Part shown: positions 36,954-46,876 of the stretch, one piece after another
Layout of the letters: the number at the start of each line of letters is the position of its first letter
How positions within the stretch are numbered: the first letter of the stretch is position 1
Assembly (NCBI GenBank): GCA_024654525.1
Contig: JANLHI010000032.1
Coordinates: 172 to 64,171, forward strand
Source: Patescibacteria group bacterium
GTDB taxonomy: Bacteria > Patescibacteriota > Minisyncoccia > UBA6257 > 2-01-FULL-56-20
DNA: 64,000 nt
Direction: 5' to 3'
The notes under the pieces: generated by a model
Told to the model about the DNA's origin: nothing
Databases searched by the model: none
The model's input: only the letters and a program-made list of their open reading frames with translations
Translations under genes and position numbers: made by a program

Positions 36954-39809
36954 ATGATTCCCGATATAAAAAAACTTATTGCCGGATTTCTTGCGTGCTC
37001 CCTCCTTGCAACGTTATTTATTCTCATCGCCCCATCGTTCCTTTCACAAACACCCGCGTCTGTATCGCAAGAAAATAACTCCACGAATATCCAAAATGCT
37101 TTTACACCAAAGTCCGACACCATCTCTTCCGTTACGTCTGGCAATTCGGAAGAATCCGCCCAATCCCGGACACTGACTCCTTCTACCAACCTTACACAGC
37201 GCCTTGGAAATCTCCTCGCACGAGAAATAATAAACACTAACGAAGAAGCCGGAGTTCTTTCCGGTCCCCCAGAAGGTCTTGCGGTACCGAAACAGGCGGC
37301 ACTTGAAGCAACTATTAAAGATAGTTTGTCCGATGCATCATCTTTTCCATTTTCAGTGCCGGATTTCACCAGATCCATATCCGACAGCGCTCTTTCTATA
37401 ATTGAGAATCCATCCGCGGAAGATTATCAGCACTATACCGATGCTACTCAAGGAGTACTTGAAAAAACCATTTGGAGTAAAAACTTTCAAAACCTTCTCG
37501 AGGAAGAATCTCCAAGCATAGAAAGCGCATATGCGGCAACTACGGTATATGGAACCGCGTCCCGCGACCTGGCACAAATCTCCGTTCCCGCACCTCTTGT
37601 CTCGTTTCACAAAAAAATAACGACAGTAGTAATCAACCGAAAAAAACTTACTGATCTTGCACTGGATAATTTCGAGGATCCGCTCAAATCCATTGCGATT
37701 CTCAAACAACTCGACGGCCAAGTGGAGTCTATTATAGAGCAGGATCTTACCAATCTTCATAATGAGGCAGAGCGTATACGTACGTTATCACTCCACGCGC
37801 CCGTACAATCAGGCACACGCAATCTGGCGGACTATATTCTCGGCATTGATCGCGCGTTTGCACAAGGGTACGTCCCTGTTGATGCAACCGGACCGGTTTC
37901 AAAGGCATTTCAAACTCATGAGGCAAAAGCGACTACCACCACATGGCTCCGTCGCCTTTGGGAATGGGGCCAAAAAATATTCCTACAACAACTAAAAAAC
38001 CAACTCATCTCTCTTCTCGAACAGCAAATTGTAAATTGGATCAATGGGGGAGGGTCTCCACAATTTGTAACAGACTGGCAGGGATTTATTTCCACAGCGT
38101 TTAACAATGCCGCTGGTGCGGCGATTCAAGAAATTCTTCCGGGGCTTTGCCAACCCTCCTCCCCACTCCTCCGAATTTCATTGGTGCTCCCCAGCGTAAA
38201 TATACCCGTGTACAGCGGATGTACGCTCAATCAAGTGATAAGCAACGTAAAAAATTTCTATTCGAGTTTTCGCTCGGGAGGATGGGTTCAGTATGGTGTT
38301 ACGTTTGAACCCACCGGTAATTATTTCGGTGCTATTATCGAAGGACATGATCGTGTTACTCGTACCGCTCTTGCCGCCGCGGATGCCGCAAAAAACAAAG
38401 CACTTGCGGGAAGCGGATTCTTAAGTACGGAAGTATGTCCTTCAACTAATAAATCACCGGGGGCGGAAGGATGCCCTGGAGGTGAGCATCCGCTTATCCG
38501 CACACCGGGTTCGGTTCTCGGTGCCACAGTGACAAAAGCACTCGGATCAAACTTTGATCTTATTGTGAATGCAAACGATATAGGCGGACTTGTACAAACC
38601 GTCACAAATGCCGCGCTTACAAGAATCGTCACCTTGGGGCTAAGTGCAGTAAGCGGGAAACCGAGCGGATTAGGCCTTTCAAACGTTGCGTATACCAATA
38701 ATTCATCTCTCTCACAAGGACTCCAATCTGCTGAAAGTGATGCAAAAACAAAAGCGACTGTAGACCAAACTAACCAAGAATCCACTTTCGACGGACTGCA
38801 AACTTCCACTTCTCCACAAGCAGACCCGTTTGCGCAAGGAGTGGATACGGAAGAAGAAATTTCAACATCAAACAATCCCGTAAGTCTTGCAGAAAACAAG
38901 CCAGTGAGACAATCAAGCACATGGGTAAGTCGTGGCTCCGCGTCCGCAGCGGAATATGCCGTCGACGGAAGAAAAAGCAATAGTTTATATGGTTCTGCGG
39001 TAACCGACAGAGGAGGTAACAGCTGGTTAGTGGTAGATCTTCAAGAAATAGCTGTTATTGATCGCGTGGATATTCAAGAATTTCCCGGCCGACTGTTTTC
39101 GGGATGTATTATTATCTCCGCGCAAAATCCGGGATCATCCCCTTTGTCGTGCAACGGAAGCAACGGTGTGACGATTCCATTCGCGCCCACCGGCGCGGAA
39201 ACACTGGTAAGTATACCGGTGGGAAAAATCTCGGGTCGTTATGTATGGGTACAACAACAATCTTCCAAGGATAATATGATCATTTCGGAACTTGGAGTGT
39301 TTGGCGCCGGCACGGGACAAGGAAATAATTCAAGCGCCACTGCTATTTCGATGATATCTCCCGGAGGAGATGTATTATCGTGGAATCGTGGGACGACGTC
39401 TTATCCTCGACTCGACATCGTTTCATCAAAACCTGCATCGGGATTATCCCTCTCTTTTGAAATCAAGAAAGCGCCCGCATCAGGAACGGGAGTGACAAGA
39501 AAAATAACGGGAAATTACGCGGATGCTCCACTCGGAGATTTACTTGCGTCACTTAATGTCACTCTTCGTAATGCAGCAGGAACATCGTTGGTCTCCGACA
39601 CACTTAACTTTTCTATTAATCAAGGTGCAACCGTATTCTCTCCTTCTCAATCATTTTCATTACCGGCAAATACCATAAATTCACTTACCTACGATGCGAC
39701 AGTATATTCGTACGCCGGAATTAATGATTCATACCTTCTCCTCACCACCCTGCACGATGATGCCGGTGTCGTAATAAGCACCCATGCTTTCACTATCAAT
39801 GTTCATTAA
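36954..39809 (+). CDS. Large secreted surface protein with an F5/8 type C (discoidin)-like domain.
   Basis: About 951 aa from the MIPDIKKLIAGFLACSLLATLFILIAPSF signal/anchor. The listed ORF starts at 36843. Ser/Thr/Gly-rich. Discoidin-like block WVSRGSASAAEYAVDGRKSNSLYGSAVTDRGGNSWLVVDLQEIAVIDRVDI. First gene of the co-directional cluster. Confidence 0.6.
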   Translation: MIPDIKKLIAGFLACSLLATLFILIAPSFLSQTPASVSQENNSTNIQNAFTPKSDTISSVTSGNSEESAQSRTLTPSTNLTQRLGNLLAREIINTNEEAGVLSGPPEGLAVPKQAALEATIKDSLSDASSFPFSVPDFTRSISDSALSIIENPSAEDYQHYTDATQGVLEKTIWSKNFQNLLEEESPSIESAYAATTVYGTASRDLAQISVPAPLVSFHKKITTVVINRKKLTDLALDNFEDPLKSIAILKQLDGQVESIIEQDLTNLHNEAERIRTLSLHAPVQSGTRNLADYILGIDRAFAQGYVPVDATGPVSKAFQTHEAKATTTTWLRRLWEWGQKIFLQQLKNQLISLLEQQIVNWINGGGSPQFVTDWQGFISTAFNNAAGAAIQEILPGLCQPSSPLLRISLVLPSVNIPVYSGCTLNQVISNVKNFYSSFRSGGWVQYGVTFEPTGNYFGAIIEGHDRVTRTALAAADAAKNKALAGSGFLSTEVCPSTNKSPGAEGCPGGEHPLIRTPGSVLGATVTKALGSNFDLIVNANDIGGLVQTVTNAALTRIVTLGLSAVSGKPSGLGLSNVAYTNNSSLSQGLQSAESDAKTKATVDQTNQESTFDGLQTSTSPQADPFAQGVDTEEEISTSNNPVSLAENKPVRQSSTWVSRGSASAAEYAVDGRKSNSLYGSAVTDRGGNSWLVVDLQEIAVIDRVDIQEFPGRLFSGCIIISAQNPGSSPLSCNGSNGVTIPFAPTGAETLVSIPVGKISGRYVWVQQQSSKDNMIISELGVFGAGTGQGNNSSATAISMISPGGDVLSWNRGTTSYPRLDIVSSKPASGLSLSFEIKKAPASGTGVTRKITGNYADAPLGDLLASLNVTLRNAAGTSLVSDTLNFSINQGATVFSPSQSFSLPANTINSLTYDATVYSYAGINDSYLLLTTLHDDAGVVISTHAFTINVH

Positions 39810-39834
39810 CGCCTTCAGAAGGGGCGTGGGGAAA

Positions 39835-42387
39835 ATGCTCAAAACAATTTTTAAGGTTGCTGTCTTTGCAATCTCGATTGGCACACTTACCGTACCCTCG
39901 CCCGCACACGCAGGATGGCTCGACTTTGGTGCAAGTGTGATATTTGGCGCAACGGGAGGAGCTATTGCGTGGATTACTTATATCATCTCGTACATTATTA
40001 CGGCGATTGTAGGACTTTTCACCGCGCTGATAATCTATAGCATCGGTGTCGTGCTACAGCTCAATACCAATATCGTAAACGCGGTGGCAGTACAAGAAGG
40101 ATTCAAGGTAACGCTCTCCATCGCAAATCTTGGATTTGTACTCGGCATTATTATTATCGCGATTGCCACTATCATCAGATACGAACACTACGGAATAAAA
40201 CACCTTCTCGTGAAGCTTATTACCGCGGCGCTTTTGGTAAATTTCAGTTTGGTTATCGGCGGAAGCATTTTAAACTTTGCCGATCAATTGTCGAACGTAT
40301 TTCTCACCGCATTCCCCGGCGGAGGAGGGGATGAAAATGCCCTTTCAAAGTTTCATAATTTTTCAAAATCTTTTGGTGGGGCATTTTCTCCTCAACGCGC
40401 ACTCTTAAATCCAACAATTAAAGGAGCAAACAGTATGACATCCGATGACCTTCAAAGATTTCAAGGAGCGGGCTCAGTCGGGCAAAGCCTGGGAGAAGTA
40501 TTTACTCCTCTTTTGAACCTTATTTTCACCATCGTCATACTTATTTCTATCTTTATCACTGTATGCGTGTTCTTCTTTATGCTCCTCATACGATATATCT
40601 ATCTCGGCATCCTTTTTATCCTCATGCCACTCGTATGGCTTATGTGGGTATTTCCGCTCACCGAACACCTTTGGAAACAGTGGTGGGGAAAATTCCTTAA
40701 GTGGACATTTTTTGCACCCATCTCTCTATTCTTCCTATGGCTTGTGATTATCACTTCGGAAACCATGAACAGAGGAGCGGGCGACAACCCCCTGCAAGGA
40801 TTGCGAGGGCTTGGATATACCGCATCGGATTCATCTTTTGTCGCGGGACTCTCAAGTTTTGTTGGAAGTCTCGCTAATCAAGTTGTTGGTACTTTTCTTC
40901 AAATGGCGGTTCTCGTAGGACTTTCGATAGGGGGTCTTATCGCCGCGGAAAAGTTTTCAATCATGGGCTCACATGCGGCGATGGGCACAATGAAAGGATT
41001 AGGAAAGTGGGCGCAAGGATATGTCGGAAAGCGCGCAAAACAAACGGGAGGGAAAATTGCCCAAAGAATGGGCCTTGGAAATGCTGCGACTGCCCTGCAA
41101 CAAAAAGGACTTTCTTTGCCCACTAACATTGCCTCGGGTCGCGGAAGAGTATTGCGCACACTTGCTAAACCATTAAATGGTCTTGCGACTGCATTTAATT
41201 ACAGTGGAAAACTTGGAGGTCGCGCTCTTCAAGCGGGTGTTGCCGGAGGACGAAGCGGTTTGATAAGTGGTGGGGAAGCGGATGTGAAGGATGCAACAAA
41301 GGGACTCACCACCGACCAGCAGGCAAACCTTATCAGCACCATGACCGCGCCCCAACGGATTGCGCTTACTGCGAAAGCAATGAAAGAAGGGTGGCTTGAA
41401 AAAATTGACAGCAAATATTACGGCCCTGCCCAAAAAGAAATGTATAAGAGCTATGGACAGGAAAAAACGTATAACGATGTATACAAAGCAACTGCCGGAG
41501 CAGGAGAAAAGAAACATTATTTTGATGAAATTGAGAAGGGGAATAAGGATACCATCGAGCATACACGTGCAGAAGCGGAGAAGTTGAAGGAGGAAGAGAT
41601 ACGCAAGAAATCAGAAGACGCAAAGACGAAAGAAGTGGATCAGGCGTTGCGCAATACAATAGCGCCGAGCTCTCCATACGCTCAAGCTGCAGCGAAAAGA
41701 AAGTGGATAGACGAAGAAGTTAAGAAGCGACTTGCTCACACAGGACCCAACAACGAGATACGAGAGGCAGGAAATCGGGCAGTTAAAGATTCAGAGGAAG
41801 AGATAAAAAAAGCAGGAGAGAATGCAGTTGAAAGCAAGAAGAGAGGGGAAAATGTTATGGTTGATGAAATAGATTCAGAAACTGGAAAACTTACGGGTCG
41901 CAAAGTAAATGCACAAGAAAAACTAAAAGAAATTGATAGTAAGCTTGTTCCAGACTTAAAGAAAGGGGATAAAGCGCAGTATAAGGAAATATTTGGCGAT
42001 AAACCCGCATTCGGATTAAGTGCGGAGAGTGTAAAAATGATGGGGAGTGTATTTGCAGAAAAAATTGCATACTCAAACCAACAACTTGTACCGAATATTA
42101 TCTCCAAGATGAACGCGAAACAACTCCAAGGATTCTCAACGATGTACAAGAAAATCCTAAAGGATGGCAAAGATTCAACAGGTGGGGACTTGAAGAATTA
42201 TATAGAAAAAGGAGAGAAAAATTTTGAGAAAATTCTTGCGCATAACATGACAAGTCATGCGCACGAAGAGGAGGATCACGGAGGAGCACATGAAGAAGAA
42301 AATCGCGGAGGTGGCGCTTCTCACTCCCCCGCGCCGGAACCCGCTCCCGCCCCTAGTGGAGGAGGAGGTGACGCATCTCACCATTAA
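39835..42387 (+). CDS. VirB6/TrbL-like polytopic membrane protein with a roughly 450-aa charged C-terminal extension.
   Basis: Signal-like N-terminus (AVFAISIGTLTVPSPAHA). About six TM helices over the first 400 aa. Long Lys/Glu-rich tail ending HEEEDHGGAHEEENRGGGASHSPAPEPAPAPSGGGGDASHH. Strong RBS aaggggcgtgggga before ATG 39835. The listed ORF begins at 39784. Confidence 0.5.
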   Translation: MLKTIFKVAVFAISIGTLTVPSPAHAGWLDFGASVIFGATGGAIAWITYIISYIITAIVGLFTALIIYSIGVVLQLNTNIVNAVAVQEGFKVTLSIANLGFVLGIIIIAIATIIRYEHYGIKHLLVKLITAALLVNFSLVIGGSILNFADQLSNVFLTAFPGGGGDENALSKFHNFSKSFGGAFSPQRALLNPTIKGANSMTSDDLQRFQGAGSVGQSLGEVFTPLLNLIFTIVILISIFITVCVFFFMLLIRYIYLGILFILMPLVWLMWVFPLTEHLWKQWWGKFLKWTFFAPISLFFLWLVIITSETMNRGAGDNPLQGLRGLGYTASDSSFVAGLSSFVGSLANQVVGTFLQMAVLVGLSIGGLIAAEKFSIMGSHAAMGTMKGLGKWAQGYVGKRAKQTGGKIAQRMGLGNAATALQQKGLSLPTNIASGRGRVLRTLAKPLNGLATAFNYSGKLGGRALQAGVAGGRSGLISGGEADVKDATKGLTTDQQANLISTMTAPQRIALTAKAMKEGWLEKIDSKYYGPAQKEMYKSYGQEKTYNDVYKATAGAGEKKHYFDEIEKGNKDTIEHTRAEAEKLKEEEIRKKSEDAKTKEVDQALRNTIAPSSPYAQAAAKRKWIDEEVKKRLAHTGPNNEIREAGNRAVKDSEEEIKKAGENAVESKKRGENVMVDEIDSETGKLTGRKVNAQEKLKEIDSKLVPDLKKGDKAQYKEIFGDKPAFGLSAESVKMMGSVFAEKIAYSNQQLVPNIISKMNAKQLQGFSTMYKKILKDGKDSTGGDLKNYIEKGEKNFEKILAHNMTSHAHEEEDHGGAHEEENRGGGASHSPAPEPAPAPSGGGGDASHH

Positions 42388-42389
42388 CC

Positions 42390-43826
42390 ATGATGAACGC
42401 AACCATAATACCAGAACAAAAAATCTTTGAGCGTTGGGATTTACTTGCCCCGGCGCTCCGCGATGCGTTGGTGTCCGAAGAAAATTCCGATATTGTCTGG
42501 AAAACATGCACCGATGAGCATCTTTCTGAAGAGAAAATACACGAAGTCGCCCGTATTGTCTCGTGGGTGATGTTGGGATTTCTCCACCCAGAGGACATTG
42601 CACGAGAAGTGCAATTCTCGACGGGGATTCATCCGGAAGTAGCGCGAGCGATTGCATCTCCGCTCATCAAAAAAATATTCGAGCCCATGCGGGATGATCT
42701 TGAAAATATTTATGCTCCCACACCCTTAAAAGAAGGTGTTTCCGCCTCAAGCGTAATCACCGATACCGAAAGCACTCCTTTCCCGATTATTATTGATAAT
42801 GCAGAAAAAACAGAAACGGTTGATAAAACACTTGCCAACCTCGGTAAGGGAATATCAGATGAGCCATTCTTCAAAGAACCTCCCGCTCGAATGGAAAGCG
42901 CTTCCTCTGCACCGCTTCCGGAAAATCCCTTCTTCGACAATACCACCGTCGGTGAAAAACCCGTTCCTTTCCCTCCTGCATCTTCTGATGTTCCCCCTGC
43001 CTTTCATGAAGAAACATCCTCGGAGACGATGCCATTCATGATTCACGAAGAACCTTCCGCTTCTTCAATTCCTCACATCGGAGATTTTTCCTTGAATATC
43101 AAACCTGAAGAATTTGGGCCTTCACGCGAAGAATTTCAAAATATTCCAAAAGCAGACATAGAAATAGGAGGAGGAGACAACCCCGCAGTTCACCCGCAAG
43201 AAGGATTTTATTCCCCCGACGACAACCAGCCGGAGAGAATTGTGCATTACAGTGATTTTCACACACCGATTCCCGCAGAAACCGAAAAAAATACCATTAT
43301 TACACCTTTTTCATCCCTTACCAAACCCACTCCGTCATTTAAAGAAAAAAATCCAGAAGATGCTTTTCAACCGCCACCTTCTCCATCCTCAGAAACAATA
43401 ATGAATATCGGAAATTTTGGAGGAGATATTTCATCCGCTCACACGTCGATTTCTCCCGAGCCTGCGCCGCCTGTTCCCACCCCTAAAAAGAAAGGGGTAT
43501 TCGGTTCTTTTTTCGGATTGCCAAAAAGTAAAAAAAATATCGTAGTAACAGACACTGCACCAATCCCCGATATTCCTCCGTCACCTCTTTCTTTCAAAAA
43601 AATCTCTCCCGACATTCCTCCAAAACCAAAAAAAGTACTTGTTTTTGATTCTGCATCTTTTATGCAAAATGCTCCGAGAAAAGAAAATTTCTCCAGCGTC
43701 CAACCAGCCCCACCACCTGTTCCGAAAATCATCCCATCTCCCGCACCTCAAGATAAAACTTTAAGTTCTTCCGTGTTGGATATATCCTCTCTCTCCGGAG
43801 ATCTCAATAAAGAATCAACTTCTTAA
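42390..43826 (+). CDS. Hypothetical protein with a globular N-terminal domain and a long Pro/Ser-rich low-complexity C-terminus.
   Basis: 478 aa. Repeated PPSP, PPKPKK and PAPPPVP tracts. Start is 3 nt after the upstream stop. Confidence 0.5.
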   Translation: MMNATIIPEQKIFERWDLLAPALRDALVSEENSDIVWKTCTDEHLSEEKIHEVARIVSWVMLGFLHPEDIAREVQFSTGIHPEVARAIASPLIKKIFEPMRDDLENIYAPTPLKEGVSASSVITDTESTPFPIIIDNAEKTETVDKTLANLGKGISDEPFFKEPPARMESASSAPLPENPFFDNTTVGEKPVPFPPASSDVPPAFHEETSSETMPFMIHEEPSASSIPHIGDFSLNIKPEEFGPSREEFQNIPKADIEIGGGDNPAVHPQEGFYSPDDNQPERIVHYSDFHTPIPAETEKNTIITPFSSLTKPTPSFKEKNPEDAFQPPPSPSSETIMNIGNFGGDISSAHTSISPEPAPPVPTPKKKGVFGSFFGLPKSKKNIVVTDTAPIPDIPPSPLSFKKISPDIPPKPKKVLVFDSASFMQNAPRKENFSSVQPAPPPVPKIIPSPAPQDKTLSSSVLDISSLSGDLNKESTS

Positions 43827-43850
43827 TACTAATATTTTCATCTTTATTTC

Positions 43851-44351
43851 ATGCAATTCCAAGTCCCTCAATTTATTGAAACGGAAGACAAGATTGTCGG
43901 TCCTTTTACGTTGAAACAATTTATTGTGGTCGGCGTGTCTGTAGGAATATCTCTCGTACTCTACTTCATCGTCGTTCCTTGGCTGTGGATTATTCTTTCT
44001 ATTCCAATAGTGGGCGCAGGAGCTTCGCTTGCATTTATACGTGTTGGGGGAAGATCTCTCCCTGTAGTAGCCCAAGCCGCGATCCGCTATTTCTGGAAAC
44101 CTCAAACGTATGTATGGCAACCACAACAGCCTCACGCTCCTACAACTCCCTCTCCCCAAGAACACCCTTCTCATGAATCATCACTTGAAGAAATTCTTTC
44201 TGGACTCGCATTGCGTACCACATGGCAAAAGCTTCAAACCGGAAAAAAGATATCGCCCGGTACATTGCTTGGACATACGCAAGACCGATACACAATATTT
44301 CGCAAACGCACCGGAGAACGCAACGCAGCAAGAAGGATAGACTACCGATAG
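43851..44351 (+). CDS. Small two-TM membrane protein, candidate VirB3/ConD-like component.
   Basis: 166 aa. TM hairpin FIVVGVSVGISLVLYFIVVPWLWIILSIPIVGAGASLAFI. Positioned directly upstream of the VirB4-like ATPase, as in Gram-positive conjugation operons. Confidence 0.45.
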   Translation: MQFQVPQFIETEDKIVGPFTLKQFIVVGVSVGISLVLYFIVVPWLWIILSIPIVGAGASLAFIRVGGRSLPVVAQAAIRYFWKPQTYVWQPQQPHAPTTPSPQEHPSHESSLEEILSGLALRTTWQKLQTGKKISPGTLLGHTQDRYTIFRKRTGERNAARRIDYR

Positions 44352-44447
44352 TCTTTTTACCACAATGCCCCGAGGTAGCAGTTTCGTAATAAGGTACAAT
44401 TAATATGCATGGATTCGAGATAAGAACTCCGTACATTCTCTATTTTT

Positions 44448-45137
44448 ATGCCTAAAGAATTTGCAAACGCACAAACTCTTGTCGCAGTAAAAGATATACG
44501 CGACAACGTCCTTATCTTGAACGATGGCGGACTTCGCCAAATTCTCATGGTAAACGGTATTAATTTTGCGCTCCGATCCGAAGTAGAGCAAAACACTATT
44601 ACCGCCGGATATCAAAATTTCCTCAATACTCTCGACTTTCCTCTTCAAATCCTTATTCATTCGCGCAAAATTAATATTGACGAATATCTTATAAAGCTTG
44701 CCTCCCGCGAACAAGCAGAGCTTTCTCCTTTACTTCGCAGTCAAAATTCCGAGTACAGAGAATTCATCAGGGGGTTTGTGGAAAAAAATGCGATTATGGA
44801 AAAAAGTTTTTTTGTGGTGATTCCATGGTTTCCTTCTGCTATACCCACCAAGCAGACTATTATGCGCTTTATTCCGTTTTTAAAACACAGCAAGGAGGAA
44901 AACGACGCAGCTGCAACCGACAAAGAGGATTCTTTTGAGGAATCGCTGGAACAGCTCAAAGATCGCGTCGAGCAAATATCAGAAGGACTTTCTTCAATCG
45001 GGCTTGATTCGGTAATACTCGATAATAAGGCGCTCGCTGAACTTCTCTATAATTTCTACAATCCTGAATCCATTGAAAAAGAGAATATCAATCTTCCTGA
45101 TACTCAAGATGAAATGTCGCATAAAAATACACCATAG
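44448..45137 (+). CDS. N-terminal domain of the VirB4/TrbE/ConE-family ATPase, ending in a stop at an A5 run.
   Basis: 229 aa. LVAVKDIRDNVLILNDGGLRQILMVNGINFALRSEVEQNTITAGYQNFLNTLDFPLQILIHSRKINIDEYL resembles the VirB4/PrgJ N-terminal pattern. Stop TAG at 45135-45137. Confidence 0.6.
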   Translation: MPKEFANAQTLVAVKDIRDNVLILNDGGLRQILMVNGINFALRSEVEQNTITAGYQNFLNTLDFPLQILIHSRKINIDEYLIKLASREQAELSPLLRSQNSEYREFIRGFVEKNAIMEKSFFVVIPWFPSAIPTKQTIMRFIPFLKHSKEENDAAATDKEDSFEESLEQLKDRVEQISEGLSSIGLDSVILDNKALAELLYNFYNPESIEKENINLPDTQDEMSHKNTP

Positions 45138-45139
45138 CC

Positions 45140-46876
45140 ATGGAAGAATCCTCTAAACAAGAGAGTCCTTTAGGAAACATTGCTAAAGTGATTGCACCCG
45201 CAGGTGTTGAAGTAACGCCGAATCACGTAAAGATCGGGTCTAAGCTCGTTAAGACGTTTTTTATTCTTTCTTATCCACGCTATCTCGCTACGGGGTGGTT
45301 TGAACCACTGGTAAATCTCCCTAATCTTCTTGATATTTCCATCTTTGTAACACCGATGGATACCGGAAACGCACTGCGCAACCTCAGAAGAAAAGCCGCA
45401 CAGCTTGAATCTCAGATTGCCGATACGGAAGAGAAAGGCTTAGTGCGCGATCCTCTTCTCGAAACCGCGCTTCGCGATGTGGAATCGTTACGCGACACTC
45501 TCCAACAATCAGAGGAACGCCTTTTCGATACTGCGGTATATATCGCCGTATACGCCGACACAGAAGACGAACTTGCTCGCCTTGAGGGTCAAGTAACCTC
45601 GCTTATGGAATCGAAGCTTATCTATATCAAACCAGCGCTCTTCGAACAACTTGAAGGACTCATGTCTATATTTCCCTTTAACAGCGATAAATTGTCCATC
45701 ACCACATCCATGAATTCCGGCCCTATTTCTTCATTCTTTCCATTCGTATCAGAGGACCTTACTTCGAACGATGGAATTATGTATGGCATCAACCGCCACA
45801 ATAACAGTCTAGTTATATTCGACCGGTTTTCTCTAGAGAATGCAAACCAAGTCATTTTCGCCAAATCAGGATCGGGAAAATCCTATGCCACAAAACTCGA
45901 AATTGTTCGATCTCTTATGATTGGAACCGATGTTATTGTTATCGATCCCGAAAATGAGTACGAGCGCCTTGCGCATGCGCTTGGAGGAAGCTTCTTTAAC
46001 ATATCCCTTTCTTCGGAAGAACATGTGAACCCCTTCGATATTCCCATCATACCCGAGGGAGAATCTCCGTCCGACATTCTTCGCTCTCATATCGTCAACC
46101 TTTCCAGTCTTGTAAAACTCATGCTTGGAAAAATAACTCCGGAAGAAGACTCTCTCCTCGACCGCGCGATTACGGAAACATATGCATCGCGGGAAATTGT
46201 AGTGGGAGAGGATTTTTCGGGAAAAGAGCCTCCTCTTCTTGAAGATTTAGAAACCATCCTCCGTAATCTTGAAGGAGGAAGGGCGATGGCCGAACGTCTG
46301 TATAAATATACGAAAGGGTCTTTTGCCGGTTTTGTGAATCAGCACACCAACATTGATATCAATAATCGTCTTATCGTTTTTTCCATTCGAGACCTTGAAG
46401 AAGAGCTTCGTCCAATTGCTATGTTCGTCGTATTAAATTTTATCTGGAACCTTATCCGTGCAAAGTTAAAACGCAGAATTCTTATGATTGATGAAGCGTG
46501 GATTATGATGAAAAATGACGACTCCGCTACATTTCTTTTCGGTCTTGTAAAACGAGCTCGGAAATATTATTTGGGCGTTTCCACTATCACGCAAGACGTG
46601 GAGGATTTTCTTCGCTCTCCGTATGGAAGACCCATCATTACCAACTCATCAGTACAACTCTTGTTAAAACAGGCGCCTGCGACAATCGACATCGTTGCAA
46701 AAGCATTTGATCTCACCGAGGCGGAGAAGGGGATGCTTTTGGGTGCCGAAGTCGGTACCGGACTCTTTTTTGCAGGTAAAAAACATGTAGCGTTACAAAT
46801 TATTGCGTCTTACTTCGAAGATCAGATGATTACTACAAATCCGGAACAGCTTCTTGAGGAAGATAAGGCGGAATAG
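45140..46876 (+). CDS. VirB4/TrbE/TraC-family type IV secretion ATPase (ATPase domain).
   Basis: 578 aa. Walker A AKSGSGKSYATK, Walker B RILMIDEAW (the DEAW variant typical of VirB4/TraC). In a different frame from the preceding ORF. Confidence 0.8.
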   Translation: MEESSKQESPLGNIAKVIAPAGVEVTPNHVKIGSKLVKTFFILSYPRYLATGWFEPLVNLPNLLDISIFVTPMDTGNALRNLRRKAAQLESQIADTEEKGLVRDPLLETALRDVESLRDTLQQSEERLFDTAVYIAVYADTEDELARLEGQVTSLMESKLIYIKPALFEQLEGLMSIFPFNSDKLSITTSMNSGPISSFFPFVSEDLTSNDGIMYGINRHNNSLVIFDRFSLENANQVIFAKSGSGKSYATKLEIVRSLMIGTDVIVIDPENEYERLAHALGGSFFNISLSSEEHVNPFDIPIIPEGESPSDILRSHIVNLSSLVKLMLGKITPEEDSLLDRAITETYASREIVVGEDFSGKEPPLLEDLETILRNLEGGRAMAERLYKYTKGSFAGFVNQHTNIDINNRLIVFSIRDLEEELRPIAMFVVLNFIWNLIRAKLKRRILMIDEAWIMMKNDDSATFLFGLVKRARKYYLGVSTITQDVEDFLRSPYGRPIITNSSVQLLLKQAPATIDIVAKAFDLTEAEKGMLLGAEVGTGLFFAGKKHVALQIIASYFEDQMITTNPEQLLEEDKAE

